Positions 49,819 through 61,989 of a stretch of 64,000 nucleotides of DNA are shown here, in pieces (the first letter of the stretch is position 1; each line of letters begins with the position of its first letter). Source of the stretch: Spirochaetaceae bacterium (GTDB taxonomy: Bacteria; Spirochaetota; Spirochaetia; DSM-2461); contig JAOPTT010000003.1 of NCBI GenBank assembly GCA_051531975.1, positions 192,001 to 256,000 on the forward strand, given 5' to 3'. The notes beneath the pieces were generated by a model. The model did no database searches. It saw only the letters and a list, made by a program, of their open reading frames with translations, and was not told where the DNA came from. The position numbers were made by a program, and so were the translations under genes.

Positions 49819-52581
49819 TTATTTTCTCTGAAATGATACATAATCTATTTCAAGGCCTGCTTTGGTAATTTCAAGATCTAGTCTATACAGCCCTTTTTTA
49901 AGAAATAGGGGTATATTTTTCTCTTTAACCCAACGTCCAAAAGTTCCATTTAATTGAATATTTGTTACAACTTTACCATTTAATAGAATATTACAAGATG
50001 ATTGAGCCGAAGGATCATGATCGTGCATCATACATGTGATAATGTTATAAACTCCATCGATTTCCACTCTAAAAGCGCTGCTCTTATTTTCTGTTGAATT
50101 AAACTTCAAATCACTATCTACAGGAAATATTTCACCGTTATAATCTAACTTTTCTAATGGCTCAACAGGTCTAGATTCTATAGCTTTTATTGGTCTATCC
50201 ATTGCCTTAGTATTAGTTATAAATCTGCAAATATTTATTGCACATCTCTGTAGTTCAGCAATTGATAACTCTCCATTTTTTATAGCTTCAAACTGGTCAT
50301 CATCTAAACTATTTACTTCTGCACCAAAGTTATTAACCAACATGAAAATATCATTCTGGGAACGAACCATACAGGACAGGCGTCTAATTGTAGCTTCACC
50401 ACCATTTATAGGATCATTCATTTTAGCCCACCAGTCAGTCATGACAATTCCTGTATAACCCCACTCTTTTCTTAAAATTGTTGTATTTAAGTCGTAATTT
50501 GATGCAGCCCATATTCCGTTAATCGGGTTATATGCTGTCATTAAACTTTTTGTATCCCCTTCTTTTACAGCAATCTCAAAACCTTTCAGGTGGATCTCTC
50601 TTAAAGCTCGCTCTGATATAATTGAGTCAACGATACTTCTGTTATGCTCTTGATCATTACAGGCAAAATGTTTAACTGTACCTGTTGCTCCACCTTTTTT
50701 CAGGCCTAATGTAGTAGCTTTAGCCATACATCCTGTTAAAAAAGGATCTTCTGAAAAGTATTCAAAATTACGACCATTTAACGGATGTCTATGTATATTC
50801 ATCCCTGGGCCTAATAGTGTATCGATGTTATTTAAAACAAGTTCTTTACCCTCAAAGGTATATAATTCTAAAACCATTTTAGTATCCCAACTCGAAGCTA
50901 ATAAAGTTCCAATTGGTAATTGTATTGCCTTCTCTCCACTATCCATACGTATTCCAGAAGGACCATCCGCGGCACATGTAGCAGGGATACCATATTTTTG
51001 TAGGTTATCTCCAACACCACCAAATGCTCCTGCAGTTCCCGATGTTACTCTTGGACTACCCATACCTTCGCCACGAACTATAGTTTCTAATTCACTTTGT
51101 GAAAGTTGGGCAACAAAAGATTCCAAGGAATGTTTACCATCTTTTACATCCTGGAGTTTAATACCTAAATCTCCAGTCTGTTTATACTCTTGTGGTAACC
51201 ACTTAGTCATACGTTCTTTTAAAGAACCAACTCTTTTTGGAACATCTTCATAAACTACTTCATATTCACCATTACTTTTTAGATTCCCTGGCTTCATACG
51301 TTTAAAGTCGACCGTTGGGCACATCGATTCATTTAATTCTTCAACAACCAATAGATCTAAAGTTTCTGATTTAATTAATTCTACATTCCTAATACTATTT
51401 CCAAGAAATAACTTATACTCTCCTTCTTCAAGAACATAAGCAGATTTAAAACCTGTTAGTCCAGCATCATCGTAGGATGCCATTCTTGATAATGGGATTT
51501 TTATAGTTAAGATTTGACTCTCACCTGGTTTTAGAAGATCTGTTTTATTAAATCCTCCAAGCTCCATGGCTGGTTTCCCAAGTTTTCCTTGTGGGGCAGA
51601 ATAATAAAGTTGAACAACCTCTCGCCCGGAATATTTATCTCCAATGTTAGTAACATTTACCTCTATTTCAAACAGTGAATTTATGCCATTATCTATTTTT
51701 TTACATACAAAATTATCTAATTTGAAATCGGTATAAGTTAAGCCATAACCAAAAGGAAATCGAACCGCATCTTTATTAAAAGTTTCAAAGTATCTATACC
51801 CTAAATATATATCTTCCTGGTAGATATTTTTTGTTTCGTTTCCAAAGTTTTTATGGCTAGGGTACATTTCTAATTCATAAGCAATAGTATTTGTTAACTT
51901 ACCACTAGGAGTAACATCACCTGATAAGATATCAGCTAATGCATTTCCACCCTCTATTCCACCTTGCCAAGAGTATAAAACCGCTGTGATACTGTTTTTA
52001 AGTTGATCATTATCCAACCAACTCATATCTATAATATTTGATACATTTAAAACTACAGCAATATCACTGAAATGTTTTGCAACATTTAATAACATCTGCA
52101 TTTCTAGGTCGGTTAATAGATAACTACCTTTTCTGTTTTTATTATCGTGTTCTTCTCCAGCAGTTCGACCAATTATAACAACTCCTTTATTAGAGGTAGT
52201 TCTAGCTTTTTTAACAATATCTTCTGTTAAAACCATCTCAGTTTGAAACCAAGGCTCTGCTGCCCAACCTCCACCACCATTTTGAAATGGATTTTCGACT
52301 ACAAAGTTTCTATATACTTCTTCAAGATAACTGTTATGGTTTATTGAATTACTGTTTTTTATACCATCTATGGCATTTACAGCGTATGGTACATTAACGG
52401 AACCACCAGAACCTGTTCCACTTCGGTAATAATCTATCTGACATCTACCAAAAACTGCAAGCTCATCATTTATATTTAAAGGTAACATCTGGGTACTATT
52501 TTTTAATAGAACAATACCATCCGCACCTGCTTTTCTTGTATATTCTGTAAATCCTTTAACTTCTTTTACATCTGATCCCAT
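49819..52581 (-). CDS. GH3 beta-glucosidase/xylosidase (domain-permuted type)
   Basis: C-domain first (GIVLLKN, PSGKL, YRYFETF, FPFGYGLTYT), then the barrel (DGPSG, GRNFEYFSEDP, KHFACN, MTDWW). Confidence 0.92.
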   Translation of the reverse strand: MGSDVKEVKGFTEYTRKAGADGIVLLKNSTQMLPLNINDELAVFGRCQIDYYRSGTGSGGSVNVPYAVNAIDGIKNSNSINHNSYLEEVYRNFVVENPFQNGGGGWAAEPWFQTEMVLTEDIVKKARTTSNKGVVIIGRTAGEEHDNKNRKGSYLLTDLEMQMLLNVAKHFSDIAVVLNVSNIIDMSWLDNDQLKNSITAVLYSWQGGIEGGNALADILSGDVTPSGKLTNTIAYELEMYPSHKNFGNETKNIYQEDIYLGYRYFETFNKDAVRFPFGYGLTYTDFKLDNFVCKKIDNGINSLFEIEVNVTNIGDKYSGREVVQLYYSAPQGKLGKPAMELGGFNKTDLLKPGESQILTIKIPLSRMASYDDAGLTGFKSAYVLEEGEYKLFLGNSIRNVELIKSETLDLLVVEELNESMCPTVDFKRMKPGNLKSNGEYEVVYEDVPKRVGSLKERMTKWLPQEYKQTGDLGIKLQDVKDGKHSLESFVAQLSQSELETIVRGEGMGSPRVTSGTAGAFGGVGDNLQKYGIPATCAADGPSGIRMDSGEKAIQLPIGTLLASSWDTKMVLELYTFEGKELVLNNIDTLLGPGMNIHRHPLNGRNFEYFSEDPFLTGCMAKATTLGLKKGGATGTVKHFACNDQEHNRSIVDSIISERALREIHLKGFEIAVKEGDTKSLMTAYNPINGIWAASNYDLNTTILRKEWGYTGIVMTDWWAKMNDPINGGEATIRRLSCMVRSQNDIFMLVNNFGAEVNSLDDDQFEAIKNGELSIAELQRCAINICRFITNTKAMDRPIKAIESRPVEPLEKLDYNGEIFPVDSDLKFNSTENKSSAFRVEIDGVYNIITCMMHDHDPSAQSSCNILLNGKVVTNIQLNGTFGRWVKEKNIPLFLKKGLYRLDLEITKAGLEIDYVSFQRK

Positions 52582-52681
52582 ACTGGCCTCCAGTTATTTA
52601 GCATATATACAACATAATACAGCATTTACTCAACTATTACCTTGATTCTATTGCTAAATATTAGCACAATATTGCGAAGTT

Positions 52682-53551
52682 ATGATAAAAGAACAATCAC
52701 TGTATGTTTTACCTCCAATACCTGATAAAAGGTTCCCTATCTATGTTGAGGATCAAAAATATAGCAATAGGGATGAAATTTTTAGAGCTCATTGGCATGA
52801 ACACCTAGAACTACTATTTATGAAGAAGGGTGAAATAAACCTAATTTGTAATGGTCAGACATATATTGCAAAGCAGGGGGATCTTTTAATAATCAATCCA
52901 AATGATATTCACCACCTACAAAGTAGAACTTCCTTTGTAAATATGTATTGTCTGATTTTTGATCTTTCACTTGTTAGAAGCTCTTTAACAGATCCAAGTG
53001 ATCTTAACTTTATTATGCCTCTATCTAATAACCAGTTAGTTTTTAATCATCAAAATATTATTGATAATAATATGGACCGGTGTATAAAAAACTTAGTAGA
53101 CATCTACAATAAAAAGTCAGAAACCAGATCTCTTAAAATTAAATCCCATATTTTTGAACTACTAGACCTAATTTTTACGAACTGCTCCTATACTATGTTG
53201 ACTCCTACTAAATTCAAGAAAAGAAATAGTAATGTGAAAATTATACAGGATCTATTAGTTTACCTAAACCAGAACTTTAACAGTGAGATAAATTTAAAGG
53301 AATTAGCATTTAACTTTAATGTTAGTTACCATCATCTATGTCACCTGTTTAAGGATTATACAAATAGTTCTATTATCCAATATGTAACTTCTTTAAGAAT
53401 TGATAAATCAATCTACTATCTAAAACATACAGATAAGACCATGTCTGAGATCGCAATGCTTATTGGATACGATGATAGTAATTATTTTAGTAGAACATTC
53501 AAAAAGCTTATGAATCTCTCTCCAAGGGATTATCTAAAGTCTCTAGAATAA
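52682..53551 (+). CDS. AraC-family regulator (cupin + HTH), divergent from GH3
   Basis: HWHEHLE cupin motif; [20 protein letters not shown]. Confidence 0.92.
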   Translation: MIKEQSLYVLPPIPDKRFPIYVEDQKYSNRDEIFRAHWHEHLELLFMKKGEINLICNGQTYIAKQGDLLIINPNDIHHLQSRTSFVNMYCLIFDLSLVRSSLTDPSDLNFIMPLSNNQLVFNHQNIIDNNMDRCIKNLVDIYNKKSETRSLKIKSHIFELLDLIFTNCSYTMLTPTKFKKRNSNVKIIQDLLVYLNQNFNSEINLKELAFNFNVSYHHLCHLFKDYTNSSIIQYVTSLRIDKSIYYLKHTDKTMSEIAMLIGYDDSNYFSRTFKKLMNLSPRDYLKSLE

Positions 53552-56500
53552 GAGTGTATTTAACCAGTGCATCTTTGAAGTTATACTTATTTATTAAAGC
53601 ACCTAATTCTACAATCTCATTGGCTAGACCAGATGGTAAAATATAGTTATTTATTGTCTGTAAAGTTATTTTGAGGTCTTTTGGTTTTCTCTTATCAAGA
53701 TTAGGTTTTAATTCCAATATTAATTTTTTCAACACACCAGATTCTATTTCTAACTTAATGTTCTCTTTAGTTTTTATTAATGAGCTTAAGTTAGCCTTGC
53801 CTATATTAGTAATTAAGGATGATAAAACTATGTCGAAATCTTCAAGGTCAGAACTACTTATTTGCTCTGAATTTAAAATCTCTTCTAAAACTAGAGACTT
53901 TTGCTGTACTAGTTTTGCTCCAAGATTCCCTGCAACACCCTTAATAGTATGGATAATTCTTTTGACTGTTTCAAAGTCACTGTTATTAATTAGTTCTTTA
54001 ATTTCTGTAATAGAATTCAGATATTCAGTTTTAAATTTAAGTAATAGATCTATATACAATAATTTATTACCACCTAAATGTCCTAAACCATCTTGAATAT
54101 CTAGACCTTCTATATCCGGTATGTTTACTGTTTTTTTATCTCTGTTCTCTTTTATATTCTGGGATGTTTTTGGAATCTCTCGTTTTCCTGGTTTTATCCA
54201 TAATACAAGGGTTTCCCATAAGTTCTTTGGTATTATTGGTTTTGTAACATAGTCATTCATTCCAACATCTTTAACCTGATCTCTTACCCCTGTCATAGCA
54301 TCTGCTGTCATAGCAACTATTGGTAGGTCATCAAAATCTGGATTTGTCCTTATCTGTCTCGTAGCATCGTAACCATCTAGAATTGGCATCTGTAAATCCA
54401 TTAAAACAAGATCGTATACTGTTTTACCATTAGTTACTATTTCAACACCTTCTTTTCCATCATTTGCAATATCAACAACAAAACCTTCTTGCTCTAATAA
54501 CTCTTTTGCAACTTGTTGATTTATCTCATTATCCTCAACTAATAAAAGCCGTGCTCCACAAATATTCTTGAAACCATCAGGTCTATCTTCATCGGTAGAT
54601 TTAACTAGCTTAACTTGGTTTGAATTTTTACCAAAAACATCCATTATAGTATCAAACAACATAGAAGGGCTTACGGGTTTTAGGAGGAATCCTTGTAGAT
54701 CAGCCATTTCTGCCTGTTGCATAATCTCCTCTCTTGCAACTCCTGTAACCATAACTATTAGTGGGATATGTACATTCTCAAGCTCTTCCCTAATTCTATT
54801 TGAAGTTTCAATTCCATTAAGACCAGGCATTTTATAATCCATTAAAATCAGATCATAATCTATATCTCTACTTGCTTTAGACTGTACTAACTCTCTAATT
54901 GCTAATTCTCCAGAAGAGACAGCTGTAACTTTGAAAGAAAAGTCTTCTAAGTAAGAAGTTAAAACATCCCGAGCGGTTTTGTTGTCATCTACAACTAAAA
55001 CGTTAAAACCTGAAATATCATCTGGTAATACATTTTCTTCAGCTTTACCTTCTTTCCCTATTTCAAATTTTCCTGTAAAAAAGAATGTACTACCTTTTCC
55101 ATATTCACTACGAACTCCAATGCCGCCACCCATTAATTCTGATAGCCTTTTACTAATTGTTAAACCAAGTCCAGTACCTCCGAACTTTCTAGTTATTGAA
55201 CTATCAGCTTGGGCAAAAGAGTTAAAGAGTTTACCTATCTGCTCTTCTGTTAAACCAATACCTGTATCACGAACTTCAAATTTAAGCACAACTTCGACTT
55301 CGTTAATAGATTCAACTTTAACTGAGACTTCAATCTCTCCTTGAGCAGTAAATTTAATTGCATTATTTGTTAAATTTAGAAGTACCTGCCCAAGTCTTAA
55401 TGGGTCTCCCATTAGGAACCTAGGAATATCCTTAGACTGGTTAAATATTAGCTCTAAGTCATGATCTTTTGCTTTGTGCCCAATTATTTCTGAAAGATCG
55501 GTCATAACATCTTTTAAACTAAATGACCTAGATTCCATATCTAGTTTACCAGCTTCAATTTTAGAAAAATCTAAAATATCGTTAATAATTCCTAAAAGGT
55601 TTTTAGATGAGCTACCTATTTTATCAACATAATCCTGTTGCTTAGATGTTAGATCTGTCCTCGACAGAAGATTATCAAGACCAATTATTGCATTCATAGG
55701 AGTTCGTATTTCATGGGACATATTTGCCAAAAAATCACTCTTAGATTTATTAGCATCTTCTGCTCTTAACGTTGCATCTTTTAACTCTATTACAAATGAA
55801 CGAACAAAAAACAGGACAATTATCCCAATAATTAGGGATAGAAGGGAGATAAAAAGTGTAATACTTACAGCTTTATTTATTGCTTGTTCAGCATGTGGTC
55901 CTAGGATATCTTGCTCATTTTTAATTGTTAGTTTTAATTGCTCTATCTCATGGGCGACACTAGGACCAGTTTTATCTAATTTGTTTTTTATAACATCATT
56001 TCTAGAAGTAATTGCCTCGTAGACTAAATTAAAATTACTTCTGTATTTGTTTATAGTGAATTTTAATGATTTAGCAATTTCTAACCGGTTTGGATCTTCT
56101 ATATATGAAAAAAGTTTAGAATAGTTTTCCGACATAATAGAAAATTCTTTAATAACACGGGTATAAGCAACATCTTCATTAGTTACTAAATATCGTGTTG
56201 CATATATTCTAGCAAGTAACAAATTTCTCAATGTCTCACCTGCCCAGTATGTGACATCTTTATCTGAGTCAAGATAAGCACTTTCCATAATTGTGGTTAA
56301 ATCTCTCTCGATCTGAGGACCAATAACATTTAGTACATCATTAACATAATCATTTCTTAACGTTTGATATATTATTACATCATTAAAGTTACTAATGTAA
56401 CCATTTAATTCAACTCTTAAGTGACCAATGATGTTGCTAAGCTCATCATTGGTTGAGCTAATAGAAGCTACTTCGATCATATCTAGGGTTAGTTGTGCTC

Positions 56501-56756
56501 TTTGATTTACACCATTAATACTCTCGGTGTCTGGGTCAATAATAAAGTTTTTTACAAATAACCTAGTCATTAACATATTTGCTTGGACTCGCCCATATGC
56601 ATTTGTCTGCCTAGCTAGGGTTCTATACTCTTTAAAATTCTTATCTGCTCTTACTAAATTTATAGTCCCAATTCCTGCAATTAAAAAAAGTAAAAGTAAT
56701 ATAATTACAAAACCAAATATGACCTTTTTCCATATATTTACTTTATGATTCTTCAA
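53508..56756 (-). CDS. Hybrid histidine kinase with a helical-bundle (HBM-like) sensor, HisKA/HATPase, 2 REC and HPt
   Basis: Two TM segments flank an all-helical periplasmic domain; [30 protein letters not shown]. Confidence 0.92.
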   Translation of the reverse strand: MKNHKVNIWKKVIFGFVIILLLLFLIAGIGTINLVRADKNFKEYRTLARQTNAYGRVQANMLMTRLFVKNFIIDPDTESINGVNQRAQLTLDMIEVASISSTNDELSNIIGHLRVELNGYISNFNDVIIYQTLRNDYVNDVLNVIGPQIERDLTTIMESAYLDSDKDVTYWAGETLRNLLLARIYATRYLVTNEDVAYTRVIKEFSIMSENYSKLFSYIEDPNRLEIAKSLKFTINKYRSNFNLVYEAITSRNDVIKNKLDKTGPSVAHEIEQLKLTIKNEQDILGPHAEQAINKAVSITLFISLLSLIIGIIVLFFVRSFVIELKDATLRAEDANKSKSDFLANMSHEIRTPMNAIIGLDNLLSRTDLTSKQQDYVDKIGSSSKNLLGIINDILDFSKIEAGKLDMESRSFSLKDVMTDLSEIIGHKAKDHDLELIFNQSKDIPRFLMGDPLRLGQVLLNLTNNAIKFTAQGEIEVSVKVESINEVEVVLKFEVRDTGIGLTEEQIGKLFNSFAQADSSITRKFGGTGLGLTISKRLSELMGGGIGVRSEYGKGSTFFFTGKFEIGKEGKAEENVLPDDISGFNVLVVDDNKTARDVLTSYLEDFSFKVTAVSSGELAIRELVQSKASRDIDYDLILMDYKMPGLNGIETSNRIREELENVHIPLIVMVTGVAREEIMQQAEMADLQGFLLKPVSPSMLFDTIMDVFGKNSNQVKLVKSTDEDRPDGFKNICGARLLLVEDNEINQQVAKELLEQEGFVVDIANDGKEGVEIVTNGKTVYDLVLMDLQMPILDGYDATRQIRTNPDFDDLPIVAMTADAMTGVRDQVKDVGMNDYVTKPIIPKNLWETLVLWIKPGKREIPKTSQNIKENRDKKTVNIPDIEGLDIQDGLGHLGGNKLLYIDLLLKFKTEYLNSITEIKELINNSDFETVKRIIHTIKGVAGNLGAKLVQQKSLVLEEILNSEQISSSDLEDFDIVLSSLITNIGKANLSSLIKTKENIKLEIESGVLKKLILELKPNLDKRKPKDLKITLQTINNYILPSGLANEIVELGALINKYNFKDALVKYTLILETLDNPLERDS

Positions 56757-56915
56757 TTATCACACTTCCCAATATAATTTTATATATAACTATACTAAAA
56801 TGATAAGCATTCTCATTAAATTGTCTACTAAATTTGCTGTATTCATATAAAAAACTAAAAAAAGACTCAAGACTATTCCAATAGAGGAATTGTTGTCAAA
56901 ATCCGTTATTACTTA

Positions 56916-58796
56916 TTATCTGCGGTATACCATCTGGAACTCTGTAGTTCCACTTCTTAATATAGGATTAATATTCTTAATCTTAATCCTCCAAAGAGTT
57001 TTAACTCCCCAACTTCCCATTTTATGATCATCTTCAGGAATCTCTTTAGGTTCTACCTCTAGGTTGTAGTTTTTATAATCCCAAGTCATATCAAACTGAC
57101 CTTTACTTGACTCTATGGTTAATAGACCGGGCTTATCATTAGACAGTTTAGGTCTAGCTACAAACATAAAATTCCAACAGATGTTATTATTATCTTTTTC
57201 AAAACCATAAGAATCTATTAATCTAATTGATGAGTTCTCCCTATTTAAAAACAATTGTCTATTCCAAAGGTTTACTCCGGACTTTATAGGATACGCATTT
57301 GATATGCTCATGGAAACACTATCACCTGACTTATGGAAGTTGTCACATTCAAAGCTTTGTCCCACTTCCTGACAGGTTCCGTTAATAGTTGGTAGGTTAT
57401 GCCAACCGGACTGCATGGTCCAGATTGCATAACGTTTATGATTAAATGTATCCTTTGTATAATCTCCAACCCCAGGGTCGATAACCATAGGTTCCCCATC
57501 GGCATAAATTACAAACTGACCTACATCGTTATGGTTATGACACTCGTTATTATGTCCACCTTTACAGGCTAACATTAGTCCTGATTTGGTGTCATTAAAT
57601 ATGGCAATTTGCAGATCTTCAAAGAGGTCCGTTTCCAGTTTACCGGTATTAACATTTTCATCTAAACTGACGCTGGCAAATAGATTTCGAATCAGTCTGA
57701 ATGATGAAAATGCCTCTTCGAAAACATCTTTGTTATCCAGATCCACTGGATTATTCTTTTGTGATTCTAATGCAAACTTTATTAATGATTGGTTGTTTAC
57801 TGCTTTACCTATCCGGGCTATCAAACCATATGGAAGAGAGTCCAACTTACCGGAAGAGTCAGCAAAGTTTATAAAATAGTTTTCTGATATAAACATTCTT
57901 TCCAGATATGATGCAGCTTTTTTAAACCACTTATCCTGGAAAGGTTCTTCAGTACTATCACATGCAAAATTCAGAATATCCAGACAGTCATAAAGTGATC
58001 CGATGGAGTGGTTCCAATAGGCAGGGCCTTCGTTACATCCACCATCAGCACTTAATGTTTCTAGATAATTATTGAGTATAGAAACAGCTCTGACAACACC
58101 TTGTTGTGGACTATATTTACTCTTATTCAAAAGAAATAGAGTATGTAGAAAGTTGGAAGTTATCCAGGGATTCCAATTATTAACCGGTCCAAAACCAGGG
58201 GTTTCAACAAACCCCATCCACCACTGGGAACTGTTCTCCATATATGGTTGTATACACCTCTTATAACATTCCAATGTTACTCTTTCTACTAACCTTGGAA
58301 CCTCTTTCATTAAAGGGTCTTTTAGAAGATGAACTGTCATAACCAAAAGGGAGGATGTATTAGCAGCAAAAAGATCCACTATATTATGATCCAAAGGGGG
58401 TAAATTTTCAGTTTGTGGCCAATTATGGGCTGGAACAACCCAGGTGGACTCTTCGCAGATACTACCCAGGGCATTAATTATTCCATCCAACATTTCAGGG
58501 GAATCCTCCCCAACACAATGTGCCAGTACCATATGAATCAGCTTAATCCGTCTATCAAAATAGAGTTTTTGAAACCTTTTTCTGTTTCCAGTTCTATGAA
58601 AATCCATATAGAGGGTAGTAGGTATGTTACTCCATGGTTCTTGTAGTGCAGTTAAACCGGTTTTTTTAATCTCTTCTATCTTATTGATATCTAAAGATCT
58701 CCACCGGTTTTTAGATTTTGTGCCTGGTAGATAACTCTCTAGGTCGATAGTTTCTTTTAATCTGGCATCAACACTATTCAACCAATTTTGTAACAT
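56916..58796 (-). CDS. Heparinase II/III-family polysaccharide lyase-like protein
   Basis: NNWNPWI, DGGCNEGPAYW, NFADS, KGGHNNECHNHNDVGQF, IDPG. Confidence 0.85.
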   Translation of the reverse strand: MLQNWLNSVDARLKETIDLESYLPGTKSKNRWRSLDINKIEEIKKTGLTALQEPWSNIPTTLYMDFHRTGNRKRFQKLYFDRRIKLIHMVLAHCVGEDSPEMLDGIINALGSICEESTWVVPAHNWPQTENLPPLDHNIVDLFAANTSSLLVMTVHLLKDPLMKEVPRLVERVTLECYKRCIQPYMENSSQWWMGFVETPGFGPVNNWNPWITSNFLHTLFLLNKSKYSPQQGVVRAVSILNNYLETLSADGGCNEGPAYWNHSIGSLYDCLDILNFACDSTEEPFQDKWFKKAASYLERMFISENYFINFADSSGKLDSLPYGLIARIGKAVNNQSLIKFALESQKNNPVDLDNKDVFEEAFSSFRLIRNLFASVSLDENVNTGKLETDLFEDLQIAIFNDTKSGLMLACKGGHNNECHNHNDVGQFVIYADGEPMVIDPGVGDYTKDTFNHKRYAIWTMQSGWHNLPTINGTCQEVGQSFECDNFHKSGDSVSMSISNAYPIKSGVNLWNRQLFLNRENSSIRLIDSYGFEKDNNNICWNFMFVARPKLSNDKPGLLTIESSKGQFDMTWDYKNYNLEVEPKEIPEDDHKMGSWGVKTLWRIKIKNINPILRSGTTEFQMVYRR

Positions 58797-58798
58797 AT

Positions 58799-59617
58799 TT
58801 ACCCCTTAATTCCACTTGATGCGATACCTGTAATAAAATATTTCTGCAGAGCTAAAAATAGTATCATTACAGGTACGATTGATACTAATGCCGCGGCCAT
58901 CTGAGGCCCAAAATAGATCTCATACTCTCCAACAAAATCTGTCATCCCCAATGGTAGAGTCTTCAATTCAGCATCAGCCAGGTAAATCAGAGCAGAGAAG
59001 AATTCATTCCAAAACCACCTAAAAGAGAAAATTAGTACTGTCGCTATTACTGTTTTAGCAAGAGGCATTATAATATGTAAAAATATTGTCCACTCTTTAG
59101 CCCCGTCAATTCTTGCAGACTCTAATAGTGAGTTTGGAATTGTCATAAAAAACTGTTTAATTAAAAAAGTTCCGAATACAGAAAACGAACCAACTAAAAT
59201 AAGAGCTAAGTGGGTATTGTAGAGTCCAAGAGTTTTAATTATTACAAACTGGGGAATTATTATAACCTGTATTGGAATCATCATAGACATTAAATATAGG
59301 ATAAATAGGGAGTCACGTCCCTTCCACTTTAGTTTAGCAAAAGCGTAGGCACTGGTTGTTGCTGTAATTAGCTGAATTGCTGTTGTAAAAAAAGTAACTT
59401 TTACAGAGTTCCAAATATATAGTGGAAACTTTGTTAGTTGTTTGAAATTAAATAGCCCCGAATCTTTTGTAAAAAGAGAGATAGGAGAATCAAAAATATC
59501 AATTTCGGTTTTAAAAGATGCAGTTATAATAACATACAATGGTAACAGTATTAATAGTGTCATTAATATTAAAAAACACCATGATATAGATTTTTTTATA
59601 AGGTTATTAAATGTCAT
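58799..59617 (-). CDS. Carbohydrate ABC permease (MalG-like)
   Basis: ESARIDGA, WNEF, QKYFITGIASSGIKG. Confidence 0.92.
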   Translation of the reverse strand: MTFNNLIKKSISWCFLILMTLLILLPLYVIITASFKTEIDIFDSPISLFTKDSGLFNFKQLTKFPLYIWNSVKVTFFTTAIQLITATTSAYAFAKLKWKGRDSLFILYLMSMMIPIQVIIIPQFVIIKTLGLYNTHLALILVGSFSVFGTFLIKQFFMTIPNSLLESARIDGAKEWTIFLHIIMPLAKTVIATVLIFSFRWFWNEFFSALIYLADAELKTLPLGMTDFVGEYEIYFGPQMAAALVSIVPVMILFLALQKYFITGIASSGIKG

Positions 59618-60506
59618 AAGTCACCCACTTCTTCTGCTGTCTATACTGTAAAAGTGTTACAGTTAAAATGATAATTAAAAGCAATAAAGATTCTGCAGCA
59701 GCATATCCAAATCTATAGTTAATAAACGAGTTAATATAGACATCAAATACCACAACATTTGTTGAACCCGCTGGTCCACCACCTAACTGGCCGCCTGTCA
59801 TCATAAATACCTGGCCAAAAACCTTAAAACTACCAATAATGGACATTGTTAAAGCAAAAAACATAGTAGGACTTAACATTGGAAGAGTAATTTTAAAAAA
59901 TGTTGTAAAACTTCCGGCACCATCAATAGACGCAGCTTCGTACAGGGATGTATTTATCGATTGTAATCCACCTAAAAAAATTATCATGTAGTATCCAAAA
60001 GTCATCCAGACTGTTACAAAAATAATTGTATATAAAGCAGTATCAGGGCTTGTAAGCCAAGATGATGCCTCTAATCCTAAAAAAAGCAGTAGTTTGTTAG
60101 CAGCACCACTATTAGGATGAAAAATTAGGGAAAATGCCAATGAGATACCTACAGTAGACAGCACGTTTGGCATAAAAAAGAGACTTCTAAAGAACTTTTT
60201 ACCACGGATGTTACCATTTAAAATTGAGGCGAATAATAAGCCCAAAACTATCTGGAATATCACAGTAATTATTACAAATTGAATTGTTATAGCTAAAGAT
60301 TGTCTGAAAATTGAACTATCTATTAATTGGGTGAAGTTTCTAAGCCCAACAAATTTCCATTTGGGACCACCTGAATAGTTAGTAAATGCAAAGCCTAATG
60401 TGGTTATCATTGGAATAAAAACAAAAAGTATAAAACCTGAAAACCCAGGTAAAAGAAAAGATAGAACAGTAAACCAGTTGGTTTTTTCTAAAGTCTTTTT
60501 TTTCAT
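59607..60506 (-). CDS. Carbohydrate ABC permease (MalF-like)
   Basis: FVGLRNF, LYEAASIDGA, ITLPMLSP, FGYAAA. Confidence 0.92.
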   Translation of the reverse strand: MKKKTLEKTNWFTVLSFLLPGFSGFILFVFIPMITTLGFAFTNYSGGPKWKFVGLRNFTQLIDSSIFRQSLAITIQFVIITVIFQIVLGLLFASILNGNIRGKKFFRSLFFMPNVLSTVGISLAFSLIFHPNSGAANKLLLFLGLEASSWLTSPDTALYTIIFVTVWMTFGYYMIIFLGGLQSINTSLYEAASIDGAGSFTTFFKITLPMLSPTMFFALTMSIIGSFKVFGQVFMMTGGQLGGGPAGSTNVVVFDVYINSFINYRFGYAAAESLLLLIIILTVTLLQYRQQKKWVTYDI

Positions 60507-60527
60507 GCTGATCTCCTCCAGAGAGAA

Positions 60528-60557
60528 CTATAGCCCACCATTAAGGCAAGGCTATAG
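60528..60557 (-). other. Intercistronic hairpin after the SBP gene
   Basis: CTATAGCC/GGCTATAG stem between the SBP and permease genes, consistent with mRNA stabilisation. Confidence 0.45.
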
Positions 60558-60565
60558 GTTTATTA

Positions 60566-61864
60566 TTAGTCAGTTGTATCAGATACTATCTGAAGCTCTT
60601 TTTCCATTGTTGATAAGTAGTCCACTTCTGCAATTTCACCTAATAAATACATCTCAGTAAACCGGCTTATTGTCTGCTCTACACGGCTTCCGTACTTATT
60701 ATAGAACATAGGAAGAACCGGAACATCTTCAAGGAAATATTCTAGGGATGCTGGATCTGTTACTGATTCAGATATTATTTCTTTAATATCACTGTTTACA
60801 ACAGGGGGTAACAGTCCAAGTTTAGCGGCTGCCAATGCACCCTCTGAACCTGCGTACCATGATAATACCTTAAATGCTGCCTCTTTCTTTTTAGACCGAG
60901 ATGAGATATGGCCAAACGTAGGAGCTCCAACAGTGTTATACATCGGAGAGTCACTAGGCATTCGTGTTATTCTGAAATCTTTCTCTTCCATTGCTACTAC
61001 TTTTCCATCTTTAAAAGCGTTATGCATCATCCCTGCAAACCACTCTCCAATTATTAACATTGGAGCCATACCGCTATACATAACCTGGGAATAATGAGTT
61101 TTAGTAACTAAAAGATCAGTCATTGGTGTCATATCCTGTCCATCTTCTAAAGTTTTCCGAAGTTGAACTGATCTTAAAACACTCTCATCTAAATCTATTG
61201 TTCCATCAGCATTTATAAACTGAACACCTTTTTGTGTTGCAGGAAAAACCTGCTGGCTTCCCCATGTATAGATACAGGAACCATATGTTTTACCATCGTT
61301 TTCTGAAACAGCCTGGGATAGTTCAATAAATTTATCCCAAGTCCACTCTCCTTTTTCTACTAACTGTTGGGGAGTTGGAAGACCTTTATCAGTAAACGCT
61401 TTCTCGTTATAGTATGTATAATATTTCCCAGCTCTAAATGGTAAACCTAATATGTCCTCATCTACTTTTAAAGCAGACTCCCAGGATTTAAGAGTAGAAA
61501 AATCAAATCCCTGACTTTCTATTAAGTTATTAAGTGGTTCGATATATCCATTTGCATTATGGGGAAACATATCTGTCTGCCGTTTCTGAAAATAGATATC
61601 CATCTCCATACCACCAGCTAAAAGTGTAGTTAACTTTGACTCATAATCTGCAGCCGAGATATATTTAGGATTGATAATCACATCTGTAGCCTGTGCATTA
61701 TATGCATCAACCAGTTTGGAATTATCGTCATCACCATTTGACCATACATATAGGTCCACTGAAATGGGTCCCTCAGGTTTAGCTTCAGAACTCTCATTTG
61801 CACCATTTGCAAAGACCACACACATTGGTAGAATTAGTAATAAAACAGCTATAATTTGTTTCAT
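60566..61864 (-). CDS. Carbohydrate ABC substrate-binding protein
   Basis: Signal peptide ending FANGANE; YYNEKAF..GLPTP, WTWDKF, KKEAAFKVL. Confidence 0.9.
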   Translation of the reverse strand: MKQIIAVLLLILPMCVVFANGANESSEAKPEGPISVDLYVWSNGDDDNSKLVDAYNAQATDVIINPKYISAADYESKLTTLLAGGMEMDIYFQKRQTDMFPHNANGYIEPLNNLIESQGFDFSTLKSWESALKVDEDILGLPFRAGKYYTYYNEKAFTDKGLPTPQQLVEKGEWTWDKFIELSQAVSENDGKTYGSCIYTWGSQQVFPATQKGVQFINADGTIDLDESVLRSVQLRKTLEDGQDMTPMTDLLVTKTHYSQVMYSGMAPMLIIGEWFAGMMHNAFKDGKVVAMEEKDFRITRMPSDSPMYNTVGAPTFGHISSRSKKKEAAFKVLSWYAGSEGALAAAKLGLLPPVVNSDIKEIISESVTDPASLEYFLEDVPVLPMFYNKYGSRVEQTISRFTEMYLLGEIAEVDYLSTMEKELQIVSDTTD

Positions 61865-61989
61865 TTTTTTGACTCCTTTTTGTCATTTAATCTAAACTCA
61901 GTATGGAACCGAACATTGAAATCGGCATACTTTCAATTTTAACAAATAGTTGTAGATTTACTTTTTTAAACTCTAGAATTTAACAAAAA

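Noticed and set aside
53508..53551. 44-bp convergent overlap of the AraC and kinase 3' ends
   Set aside because: Short tail overlaps are common, and there is no evidence of function.
43856..55344. Antisense ORFs of up to 173 aa opposite the kinases and GH3, and similar short ORFs elsewhere in the track
   Set aside because: They lie fully inside well-supported genes and have Ser/Ile/Phe-rich shadow composition.
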